From positions 44,033-108,032 of the forward strand of contig NMRA01000013.1 of the NCBI GenBank assembly GCA_002633005.1: a DNA stretch of 64,000 nt, in the 5' to 3' direction. The stretch comes from Phoronis australis (taxonomy: Eukaryota; Animalia; Phoronida). The notes beneath the pieces are model-generated. The model was not told the origin of the DNA. It did not search any database and worked only from the letters and a program-made list of their open reading frames with translations. Position numbers and translations under genes: made by a program. Below are positions 1 to 11,879 of this stretch, in pieces (the first letter of the stretch is position 1; the number at the start of each line of letters is the position of its first letter).

Positions 1-3000
1 AATTGCCCGACAACCGATTGTTCTAAAACGTTATTGAAAGCAGTTGAGATAACGTACATTTTCTGAATAACAAGCCATAGGCACAATTAATAGAAATGTT
101 TCGGAGACGGCTGGTTACCTGAGCTGAAACGATACATCAGCTCTCGTTAAATTACTATGACGTATTCATACTGCCTGCTTCTGGCCACAGGCCTCAGTGG
201 CTACAGTTGATAGGGCTGATTCCTTTCTTCAAGCTTCGCACTTGACTCGAAAATGACATGCACATCTCTGGCAAAGCTTCAGGAAGAACCCTTTCTTATT
301 GTGGGAAATGAAGGTGAAGTTTTCGACCAACATCTTTCTCCGGCTGGAAAAGTGATAACTAAAGAAGAAGTCCAAAATTTGATTTCTGAAATGTGATTTT
401 ACTGATCTTGATGTTCGTCCTTGCTCATAGCGAAATTTATACATGTAATCTGTAGAACGCTTGGACTGAAATATTTGTATATAGTGCATTTGATTGGCAA
501 TCACTTTGTTCTGCAATATGGACGCTTAAAATAAATCCAATTGGTGTCCTCGGGAACAAAAATTTACCGGTACTTAAAGAAATTACCGTTGCCTAAGGTG
601 CTTCATTGGAACTCTCCGGTGATAACAAAGTAACGTAAACCAGGAGCTTGTGAGGATTTTGCCCATGCGGAATGACCAGAAATCCGGTTTCTATACATGT
701 AACTAGCTTACGATTTACGCTTAAGAGAAACCAATTTTGATAATTTGTCGCGTACTAGCATAATCTCGTGAAAGGAGGTCTTTATTAATCACAGGGTTCA
801 AAACTAAAACCTACGATTGTTCCACATATTTAGCTGCAAAATAACGGAAAGTGCACAGTCGCATTATTTCACATCAGTTACGACTTTTAGCTAGACATTG
901 GTTATTAATTATATGCTGGTTGCCAGTGTCAAAGTAAAGACTTAGCCGCTGCGATTCCAGTGAAGACAAGTTTTAGTTGTCGACCTATACATGTACGACA
1001 CGCCGCGGCCGCAACTCAGTGATCTTAGGTCAGGTCTCACACACTGGGGACTCGTCCCCGTGTTTCAGTAACTGGCTACAAACGAAAGTATCGCAGTGTT
1101 TTTACCTGATACCTTATACTAAAAATTCCTTGAACTGTTAAGCCAGCTGCCTATCGGTTAGGGTATGCAACTCAACTGGAGTGGCTGAGCTAGCCAGACG
1201 AGATCCCAGCCTCGTCCCCAAGCCCCAAGGTGGCGCTGATCAGTTTAGCATTTGAGGCTTGGTTATGGGAAATGAAATGTCAGAATTCTGACACACATTT
1301 ACGGAAATCGCCGGAATATCACGAGTAATATTAAGTTATATCAATTTTGAAATTTTTGCAAACAAAAAACTAACGGTATATTTCAGCAATTGAGATATAA
1401 ATTATTGCAAAAATGACGTATTTTGATTCGAATACAGAATAATATTAATTAAACTGAATGGAAAATAAGAACCCCAACAACCTTTATTTCAAATAAACAA
1501 CTGAAGCAATGCCTTCTGCTTCATGAGTGGCAGCAACAACGTCTGTGGAAATTATTAAAATTTGCCTTTGTTTTAATGACGTCAAGGCACCATTCCACAG
1601 AAGATTTTTCCCATAACCCAGCCTCAAATGGCTGAACCGATTAACGCCATCTTGAGGCTTGTGGACGACATCCTCGTATTCTTCAGTCAAGCCTCGTTTT
1701 GGCATTGAGATGTGGACCATGCATAAAAATCGAATTTGTCATGAAAAGCACAGAATATGTTCATGCGAAGCACAGCAGCATCAAGACATGCAGTGAGACT
1801 CTTAAAAACATAAACAATTAGGTGCCTAAGGTGGCACTGAATAGTTAGGCTGCGGCCGCGGCCAATTTGCAGTCCCAAAACATCAAGATTTTGGGGTAGG
1901 CCAAGTTTGGGGGCATTTTGTAGGTAGGCATTGCATGTAGGCTCAGTGAATGTGTTATGTTTGTATTTATGAACATGCTGAGAATGAAAAAAGCCACTTT
2001 CTCTGCTGTAGCTGCACTCTTCTTCAAGATGGTGGCCCCCTGTTGCAATTGTGCATTGCTGTGTAGCAACTGAGAAATTGGCCGCGATTTCAGGTAGCCC
2101 TCAAACAAGCCAGATTTGCAAAAAAAACTACTTGGTTGACAGTACTTTTGAGCCACATTTTTGGAATCGGTAGGAAATTTGCTTTCGCAATCTAATGCTG
2201 GCTTCAGTCGAGCATTGGCAGGGAAGTGGTGATTTTGGAGTGAAAAGTGCCAATTTTGCATTTTTGCCCTTATTTTTCTTAGTTCAGCTTGGTTTTCAGT
2301 GGGAGAGAAAGGGTCAAAAGTACAAGTGAGTACAAAGTTTCTGTGCTCATCTGTAGGGCTTGTAATGTGAAATGACTCAAAACTTTTCTTTATTTGCATG
2401 CAGTTTTTGACAGAGTGAAGAAAGGGTGAAGAGTCCATTGACGTATGTTCTGATAGGCAAATCCCTGTGAGAACTGTTCAGTGCCTCCTAAAATTGACCG
2501 GAATCGAAACATTACACAAACGCAGTATTTTCGATGCGTTTATAACCATAATTAACGTACCTAAAGTGCATGTACTGGAAATCTTAATCTCAGATTTCTG
2601 GTGATAGTACTTTTAGCCCACGAGAGGCTGCCATTGAAATGAAAATGGAGTTTGACCACGTATATGTTATTTTCTTCTAGTAACCTGCAAGGATTCTGAT
2701 TTACACGTTTAATGCGTCTTAACTGGTGTTGGCTCCGAAATTTCATTCTTCAAACACTGTACATGTAATTGTGACTTTAACACAATCGTTTCATTTGAAA
2801 AGTCTGCTACTGTAAGGGATCGACATTTGGCAGTATGGTCAGTGACACCATTTCCATTTTTGTCACCAATGGGATAGAAAGTGAGGACTGGATTGTGACG
2901 CCATTTCTGTGTTTGGTGTCGGGATAAGAAGAGGACTTTTTGATCATTAGCATGATTCCAGCCACTCCGGATTTAAATAATTAAATGCATGTGAAATTCT

Positions 3001-3739
3001 TCATATTCAAAGCCTTGTATGATAAAATGCAGCCAGAGTAATCACAGGGAGAACTTTCAAAATTCCTTTCAATACACGTAACTTTTGACAGCAAATACTT
3101 CCAATAATAAAGTTGCCAAAAAGTGTTGAGCTTTGGAAAGATCGCGGTCATTGTTTTCAACTCTAACTACTTATTCGCTTATACATTTATTTCAAGGCCA
3201 TAGCTTACATATTTCAAACTCAATTATTATTGCATATTGACCAGCCACGGAGCTCTTTGAATCTACAGTGTACATTGGCTGCGAATAAGTGCTGCTATTT
3301 CCCATGTCCCAAGATTTTCTGAAGAGGTCACTGTACGGTTCTACTCTTCCTAAACATGTTTTTGCGATCGTGTAAAGTTAGAAACTTTTCATGCTGAAGT
3401 GTAATACAATTGAGAGTTTCTACGTTGGCGCTCTTGGTACATCTGGCTTTGACAAGACCGATTCCAGATCAAATGAACAGCATTAAGCATTCTAGTTCAC
3501 GTATGAGGCATTTGTGTTGTAAATTTTGAAGCAGTGCTCTTCTTTAGCTATTCGGTGTAGGCCTAGACGCTTACCTGCAAAGTGATCAACAAAATATCAG
3601 TTCTGACCTTTATCAACCCAAATCCAAGCAATTTACATAATCGAGAGGTACATGATTGTGCGTATAAACGTAAAACAGACCTGATATCTTGTCAACAAAA
3701 TTGGGTTTTAAGCTGACTAAGGAAATATTTCCATTGCAG

Positions 3740-3894
3740 GTTTAAGTCTCTTCAAGTCAGTTGTCGACAGACCACGTACTGAAATTCACAAAGCGACAAA
3801 AGCATTTCTCATTGCTGTGGGAGTGTTTTACGTTACTTGCGGCATCTTGTTTTTTGGAGGGTCAATGGTACAAGAAATTCTAAGCTATCAGTAA
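3740..3894 (+). CDS. SLC38A7: Terminal coding exon of an SLC38A7/SLC38A8-like amino-acid transporter (upstream exons not found in window)
   Basis: Acceptor ccattgcag; phase-1 exon reads (G)LSLFKSVVDRPRTEIHKATKAFLIAVGVFYVTCGILFFGGSMVQEILSYQ*. Resembles the last exon of vertebrate SLC38A7 (GLCLIQAK...YGVLLVTLGAFIFGQTT) in start, length and terminal TM helix. Confidence 0.7.
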
Positions 3895-4618
3895 CAACAA
3901 CACAAGTATAATGACCAGAGGCACGGTGGAAATGATGCTACAAGGACAGGATATCCGCAGCGGGACGCACATTGCAGCCCCACAAAATATCTTAGGTCGT
4001 ACAATAATGCGATTATTGTTTTGGGACTCGTCGTTTTAAGTACATGTACATAAACCTGTAACTTCAAAGGTGAAGACGGAATCACCGAACTGTGTTCACA
4101 CCTCACAGACTTTCAAACACGGGTTAATGCTTTAATTTTACATTGTTATAATGTGTGTCGTAGTTCATGATTTTACAGTTGCCTTAATACCAGTTTAGAC
4201 ACGCAACCCGTCTGTAAGAAAATAGTTGCAGACACTCTCCACAAGGTTTTAAACCTTGAAACACAATCTCGTCCAAATTTTCCAAATTAAAATCGCACCT
4301 AGTTGTAAGGCATGGATGAAGCAAAACACAGTACCAATTAATAACCAGAACAAAAAAGCCATATAACGAAAGAAATCGGCAATACATGCTACAATGTCAA
4401 CATTGTCGACGCCGCACATGTCTTGCTCTCGACGCCATCTTGTCGCTGAGGCGATATTGCCGTAAGTTAATGTCGTGATTTGTGAAAGGATGTCAACAAT
4501 TAACCTAATGACCAATTTTCTATTTGATTGGCGTTGGCTGATTTAGAAACGAGACCAACCCTCGAGAAATTAATATGGCAGAAGCAGAAACAGACGTCGA
4601 ACTCGCCATTTCGGAGGT

Positions 4619-4770
4619 CAAGGGCGGATCCAGGATTTTGAGTCCGGCGGGGGTGGCAAGGGCGGAGGATTTTACACATCAGACATTGGCACCCTCGTAT
4701 TGCCGAATCGAACCTGGGAGAATCTTAGGGGGCCATGGAACCCTTGCCCACCCACTTAAGTCCGCCACTG
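4619..4770. mobile_element. Short MITE with 5-bp TSD (hAT5-like)
   Basis: Imperfect TIRs CAAGGGCGGA...TCCGCCACTG; exact flanking duplication GAGGT (4614-4618, 4771-4775). Confidence 0.75.
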
Positions 4771-5168
4771 GAGGTGGTCTTGTTCATCGACAAATTTCGT
4801 TAAGTTTGGGTTGCTAATTCTTGCGCAGGAAACATGAACAGAACATAAGATGATAACTTTATAATCCAAGTAAGCTTTTGAATTACATTTTGTCAAATTT
4901 CTTTGATAACCGCCGTTTGCAAGAACGGCAAGCAAAGGCAGCACATTTGAATAACAGTTGTTTGTGACTGTACCAGTTGGATACTTATAGCATGTACCAA
5001 GATAGGTGCCTCAAATGGGCAACTGTATAGTCATCGCAGACCCTGAATACGCAGACGCAAAGACCATAAACCTAGAAAAGGCGGTCCAAGGTAACGCAGA
5101 CCAAGAAAAACGTTTTTTGAGTGTTTTTCTTTTCTTAAAATTGTTGTATAAATTAGATATAACATGTG

Positions 5169-6022
5169 TTATACCACAATATTAGCGTCAAACGGCAGAT
5201 ACAACCGTGTAATAACCCATAAAGTTATGTCTCACTGGTGAGATAACGATTTGGCGGGAAACCGAGGACGAGGTCGAACCCGGGACCCTAATATTGCTAG
5301 TCGCCGACTTTACCACTACACCACGCAGCGACTGACGTCATCAAAAGTGAAAATAGAATACTTAAATGAGCACGCGCAATAATCGCACGTTCAACAAACC
5401 ACATTGTACTGTACTTACATGTATACGCTACGAAAAATAAGACACATAATTTCCATAAAAATGATATCTTAATTCGGTGAAATTTTTCTCTCATGTCCTC
5501 TTACTTGTAAATCACCGATCTCTAGTTTGAATGCGGGTATCGTCTCGTCAGGATCTTTGACTTGAGAATTATATTCAGTTACCAGTGGTAACCTACTTTA
5601 GCAGACGAAAAAAACGTGTTTTAAGCTATAATAGTTGGTAAACCTTAATTTACAAATTCAATTTATTTCTATAATATTTAAGTTTTCAATTGGTTTTGAG
5701 TAAAAGCATTATTTGACAAAAATAGCCTGGCTTTTCTTAAAAGGTCACGACCTCCGACCCCGGGCCTCTGACATAGAAAGTAGTTACAAAGCCGTGGAGA
5801 GTCAGAAAAGGTAAATCGATTCATTGCAATGTTTCTCGTTTAGTATGTGGTATAAATAGATTATTAAATGTTCTCAGCCGTTATCCCCCTTATCTAGAGC
5901 CCTCGTGGATTTTGGAGAATTATCACCCTCGGGGCTTACGCCCCTCGGGCGATAATTCTCCAAAATCCACTCGGGCTCTAGATAATGGGGGATAACGACT
6001 TCGCCATGTAATAATCTATATA
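5169..6022. mobile_element. Non-autonomous terminal-hairpin element, copy 1 (putative Crypton-like), with tRNA-like cassette
   Basis: Three copies in window. TTATACCACA end (5169) inverted at TGTGGTATAA (~5846-5855), then a ~160-bp palindrome at 5856-6019. tRNA-like segment on - strand at 5261-5329. Confidence 0.75.
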
Positions 6023-8019
6023 TATTAAATTACCGTATTCATTGCTAATTAATGTAACTGGATATCGTCGCTACCAAGGGTCACACTTCTTTAAGCATTT
6101 TTTGAAATAGAACTCGTCAATCCATGAAATTTCAGGTATGCATTTTTCAAATCCCTTATGATCGCAGAACCCTACGTCACTGCGTGCACGAAAAAAATGC
6201 CTTGCTGTTTGCAGTCACGTGATCCGATTTTTCCCAGTTCGGCGCTGTGTAAGTTGCCGCTGCCTTATACGTGACACGTTTCCCACGAAACTTGAAAATT
6301 CTATCTCTACATTCTATCATACATACAATCGGGGGCCTAGAAAAATAGCAAGGCTTATATAGACCAAAAACCCAGTTCTCGAAAATCAAGATACGATTCA
6401 GTGTTCTAAGACTGATTTTTGCAATGAAAGGACCGAGTTCTTGTTTTAAGGGATGCCTCTGGGAAGGAGAGCCGTTTGACCACAGAGCCACCCATGAATC
6501 ACAAACCAATAATTATGCACAGCAAAAAACTCATTGGCAGAATGAATAGTAAATAACTAGGACTGATTAAAAACTTGGTAATGTCTCACACAGAAATGCA
6601 GTTGCCGGTAGTCAAAGCGATTCTCTGTTAAGCTATATGAGCACCAAGTACTAAATTAAAACATGCCTTGATGGAGTTGGATTGATCGCTGTTCTTCACT
6701 TAACCCGGATACAAAGATTTGGCATGTGACACAATGCTGGGACGTTGCTTTTCGCGGAAATGTAACCCTTATCTCCCTTCCAGTAAAGTTTGCGTTGTGT
6801 TATATAATGATACAGTTTGTTTGACAAATGGAGGTTTCTCTTCCGAAGTTCGCTCCGCTGCCCATGATATAACATTGCTAAATTTTGAAAATTGTCGAGG
6901 GAACGGCGTTGCAACAACGTTGTTACAAAACTGTTTTCGTTGCTAGCTATAATCTGCAATCCAGCTGCCACTTGGTCTTACCAAAGCAAACTCCCTAGGA
7001 AGCTCAAGATACATGTACATGTGTGCTGTTACGCGGCTGTGTGACCGGCATTCGTGTGGAACACAAACTCGTTCACTGGAAAATTAGTGCAATGAAAATA
7101 TGTGCGAGAGCTTGCGTATGTCAATGAACCACGCCAAGCGTAATGCAAGCCAACAATGTGAAAAGCGGAAACTTTTGGGGTTCTAAAATGGAGGCCAGGA
7201 CTCGAATCTTGCGTAATTCTATCTTTCCTAAGGCTAAGATAAACAGTGGGTCGAGTTTAGAAATCACCGAATCCAGAAGCTGTTTGCATTATTATTTTTC
7301 GGGTTTGTCTGGCCGTGATGTTATAAACTGGCGGTCACTGCTTTAATACGGCAGTTCAGTATTGCTGAAAATTTCGGTGTTTCAGTAATAATGCTAGCTT
7401 CTGGCAAATAGCCAGTTCAACGTGCTTTATACCTCAAAATTCAATGGTATTTATTCAGCAGAGAAACCATTTCCCTGCATTTTGAGATAAGGGCCAGGGT
7501 GAGAGGGTTATCAGATTTTGATGCTTCGGCAGAACACTCTGGCTCAGAGGTGTAGCTGGCATTGTCTGTGATCAGATGGGATTGAGACTAACAACCTCAG
7601 ATGGAGTACCAGTGGGACGCAACTCAGTGTCGCATTGATCTAATGTGGTACTGAGATGTATTGACTAGGACATGCTGTTGAGATGGTCGGCCGGCGAGGA
7701 TGCAACATTGTCACGACGAGTCTCAGATATGACGTTGGACCCAAGATGAACTTTGGGGGACATTCGTTATCAGGACTCTGGTGGCGAAGAAAAGCAATAT
7801 GGTCACGCCCGTGCAAGCTGCGTGTTACGACTTCCGGCAAAAGCCCACTGCAACGGTTATCCCAAAAATCTTATCGCCTGATGGTTGATCCATTTCCGAC
7901 CTGAAATGTTCACAAAAACTCGTCTCTATCTTGTTGGATTAGCTTTGCAAGAACAGCACAAGCTCAAAAGGCACAAAACCCAGGGGTCACTCATATTGAC
8001 AAGATGGCCGCATCAGTGT

Positions 8020-8664
8020 TACAAAATTGGCAAATAAGGGGTACTTTTCCAACAATTATTCGTTTTTTCACACACAGAACCAATTTGCAGGGAAATCAGA
8101 ACAGTTCATCTTGACGACATACTTAACCAAGCATGTCTTAATTTTTTACAAGTTCAAACGTAATCAATTGCCACTTTACTTTTATGATAACACTTTTTAC
8201 CAATTCCACCAGTCACCAAGAAATCTACCTAGAATATGCAGTCAACAACCCATCCTAAAACTGCCAACCTAGAACAGAAAATTTTGTGAAAATTCACTTA
8301 TGTTCAAAATACCAACTCTAATAAACGACTGTATCCTTCCGAGATATGTAACAGACAAAATCGACAGACATAGCTTACATGGGTTCTCCATGTATTTGAA
8401 AGATTACAGCTCTCCGTGTAACGTTTTACATTGTTATGCATGTTCTAATTGATTAAATAAACTTGCATTGTTTCTTATTTCATTTTAGATGTTTTTTTTT
8501 TCTGTTGTTACCTATTTTGTTCTTCTTAATTGTTAATGTTTATATAATTTATTGTTACTCGGTGGTCAGCTACTAGCGGACCGATCCTATGCTGGCCACC
8601 CAGTCACATAACAATGCATGTTTTTAAAATTTTGAAAAATAAAAGTTTCTCTCTCTCTCTCTCT
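8020..8664 (+). mobile_element. 3' fragment of CR1/L2-group LINE
   Basis: Decayed ORF2 C-terminal motifs (LIFYKFKRNQLPLYF; NSLMFKIP; HSLHGFSMYLK), followed by a 3' UTR-like stretch, AATAAA and a (CT)n tail. Confidence 0.6.
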
Positions 8665-9064
8665 GCTTATGGTACAAATGGCTCTACAAATGGTTCCAAA
8701 AAGCGCGTGGCCCACAGCATATGCTACTCCTGCTACATGTACGTTGTTAATCCGGCACTGCTTTACGTATGGTTTCATTTGAACTTTGATACTTTCTTCT
8801 TCAGGGTATCCCGTTGATGCCAGCTAATGAAGTATCAAACTCATTCAGCTCAGTAACCTCTCCAATTACCGTCTAAACGCTTGAAATTTCAGCCCAGCTT
8901 CTTCACGTTCTTGGTCAGGACTTCCATAACTCCACCGAAATCAAAACACACCTTTACATTTTTCAAAGCATGTAGCATTTTCTATATGTACATTTCCCTT
9001 GCCATAACGAAGTTATACTTTCACGTGTTCCATCACTTTTACGCGAGTTGCTAAACCTTCTTCT

Positions 9065-9528
9065 AAGGCGGCCACACGTAGGAAACTCGGGAGTCACAAT
9101 CTGAGATAGCCGTTCACCATAGCCACCAAGCTGAAAAGTGCGTATCTTGGAACTAATATATTTGTGTTTATTATAGCCTTCGAGTTATCAAGCAACATCG
9201 CTAAGTTCAGCTGCTCGTGTGGCCCTACAGTTTGATCCACTATAGTTTACGCTTTTCAACTTCATTTTCGGCTTACGACATGCCAAAAAATGACGGGATA
9301 TTATTCCGGAGCAGCATAACGGCTGTCGGTGATACACACGCCATTTCAACACCGTTTCCCTATTCTTAGCGGACAATTTCTTGAGCTATAGACTAAAGTA
9401 AGTTTTACTCGACTACGTGTGGTTTGTCGGGTATGATGGCGGCTTGGAAACGCAGACGAAGGTGTGCCAAGAATGCTTTGTTCTGATTGGTCAATTAAGC
9501 CGTCCGTCATAATCCTGGCGATAGCTCA
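9065..9528 (-). mobile_element. End fragment of ISL2EU-like element (same family as 35589-37636)
   Basis: Aligns by eye with 37180-37636. Ends GCGATAGCTCA|AT. Decayed THAP-like start on - strand. Confidence 0.7.
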
Positions 9529-11875
9529 ATTGCTGGTCGCCGACTTCACCACTACACCATGCAGCGACTGACGTCATCAAGATTGAAAAAGAATACTTAA
9601 AAGGGGACTGTAGTCAAAATAATATTGCAGTTAATCGGTTCTAACACACAAATAAAACTCACATTTGCCTGACTTGCGTGCCAAACAAAAGCCGATTCAT
9701 ATTCATGGTCAAAACACTGAATTCTGAAAGCGATCGCTGATTGGCTGATGTGTCAGTGACGTGAACGGCGGGGTATCGGCTGCTTTACACATTCATTGCT
9801 TGTCATATTTGGAGAGTTTACATCGTAGTTTATAATTGTATCAATCGTCCTTATTTTTTATTGTTTGCCACATTACTGCAAAAAGTTCGCTATGCCTTTT
9901 TGTATGGCACCTGGTAGCTCAAATTCTTCGAAAAAGGTGTCTTCTAATGGGATGGTCTTCGCATACCATCGCCGGGTTACCCAAGCCTTGGCCCAAGATA
10001 TAGGCCTACAGGTTTGAGCGATATGGGTAAAACATATACAAATAAAATCTGACTCAAATCAATGTCATTAAAACTAATCTCATCCTTGAGTAAACCTAGG
10101 AACCAGGTTCCTAGAGTAAACTAACTTCTGTATTTACCGGTGTTGGAAATGTTAGCGATCGTTCATCGGCTGCTGCTAGTAAAATTGAGATGTGTTCTCA
10201 TGAGTCGGCTTTTTGCGATTACGTCACCTGACCTTTACCAGTTTCTTTTCCCCCTGATTCTTTTATCAAGTGTTCGTCGCTGACGGTACCTAGGTTGCGT
10301 ACATGTTATAACAAATTATCGGAACTTGTTTCATTTTGTTTCAAGTTTTTAGTATTTTTACACCAGCAAACCGAATTTTAGAACAACCTTGGTGCTGCGA
10401 AGCTGTTATGATGTCCCGAAAGACGTCTCAAATTTTTATGAAATGGCGCGTGCGCCGTGTCACGAGCGTGCTGTTCTTGAAACGGACAACACACTTCTTT
10501 GTTAAAAAGGCGGCAAATTATGCTACCAAAGGACGTTTATTTGATTGTTTTCCACTTAAACGGCTGCAACGAACAATGGAAGTGTCGGGTGACTATATCA
10601 GATTTTGCATGCGCCCCCGCCGGTCCGTTAGCTTTATACGTTGATGTAGCCCAAGTTTTACGACGAGGTGACGAGCATAACTGAGTCAACTATACCCGGG
10701 TAGTCAACGGCTGTCTGAAATTTCGGGGTTAACGGAGCTCAACACACAATGGTACGATAGTCTTCATACAGCTACAGTCGGTAACTTACCAACCCTTCAA
10801 GTTTACAGAGCCGAGTGTTGGCTGACAGCTGGCTGACTAGATGGCTAGAGTCCACATTGCCCTCGGCACAGTCACACGAGTGTAAAATATTGATACGGAC
10901 TGGTTGCACCGGCAAATTTTCGTCTGACGATGACGATGACTGGGTATCACTTTGTGTTGCCTCGGCTCAAACAGGTATCCCTGGTGACCCGACATTTCAC
11001 AATAAAATTTCTTATTCCGACAATATGAAAAACGGTACTTGATTTCACGCTAACACAGGACAGTGACTTGGCCCCCGCCAAATACGTCACGAGACTAAGC
11101 AGCGCTCCAAGCCGGTAATTTTTTTAGCTTCGTTAGAGAATATAAGTTGAATTTTTTGTGTTGAATTATTTGTGAAATTAGTCAACAATTCATAGAAAAC
11201 TATCCAGAATTTATTCAGAATAAAATACAGTTCCTTTTTAAATGAGCACGCGCAATAATCGCATGTTCAACAAACCGCATTGTACTGTACTTATACGCTA
11301 CGAAAAATAAGACACATAATTTCCATAAAAATGATATCTTAATTCAGTGGAAATTTTCTCTCATGTCCTCTTGCTTGTAAATCACCGATCTCCAGTTTGA
11401 ATGCGAGTATCGTGTCGTCAGGATCTTTGACTTGAAAATTATATTCAGTTACCAGTGGTAACCTACTTTAGCAGACGATAATTTCCCGGTTGAAGCTTAG
11501 CGTGAAAAAAACGTGTTTTAAACTATAATAGTTGGTAAACCTTAATTTATAAATTCAATTTATTTCTATTATATTTAAGTTTTCAATTGGTTTTGAGTAA
11601 AAGCATTATTTGACAAAAATAGCTCGGCTTTTCTTAAAAGGTCACGGCCTCCGACCCCGGGCCTCTGACATAGAAAGTAGTTACAAAGCCGTGGAGAGTC
11701 AGAAAAGGTAAATCGATTCATTGCAATGTTTCTCGTTTAGTATGGGGTACAAATAGATTATTACATGTTCTCAGTCGTTATCCCCCATATCTAGAGCCCT
11801 CGTGGATTTTGGAGAATTATCACCCTCGGGGTCTAGATAACGGGGGATAACCACTTCGCCATGTAATGATCTATA
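9529..11875. mobile_element. Terminal-hairpin element copy 2, split by insertion (9529-9600 and 11238-11875)
   Basis: Both pieces are near-identical to copy 1 (from ~5293 to 6020). The hairpin is partly deleted. Confidence 0.8.
9601..11237. mobile_element. Non-autonomous DNA transposon with TTAA TSD (Kolobok-like)
   Basis: Inserted into the TTAA of GAATACTTAAATGAGC (empty site visible in copy 1). TTAA duplicated at 9597-9600 and 11238-11241. Termini AAGGGGACTGTA...TACAGTTCCTTT (10/12 inverted match, purine-purine 5' end). Confidence 0.75.
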
Positions 11876-11879
11876 TGTA

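Noticed and set aside
229-516. 95-aa - strand ORF after a plausible acceptor, plus a short + strand frame (MTCTSLAKLQEEPF...)
   Set aside because: No recognisable homology and no partner exons; it probably lies in the upstream transporter's intron.
1845-2438. 197-aa - strand ORF
   Set aside because: No motif or splice support; the sequence looks like a non-coding transposon end.
2810-2930. TFGSMVSD peptide resembling the SLC38A7 LTFG segment
   Set aside because: No usable splice sites, an in-frame stop follows, and the similarity does not extend.
5261-5329. Possible genuine tRNA gene (also 18450-18518)
   Set aside because: Acceptor and anticodon stems pair poorly, the anticodon differs between copies, and it sits inside a repeat.
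5520-5560. CTGACGA on - strand suggesting a hammerhead ribozyme
   Set aside because: No GAAA core or supporting stems; not conserved in copy 3.
7480-7905. GC-richer, coding-looking stretch after a - strand acceptor
   Set aside because: Stops occur in all frames and no domain is recognisable.
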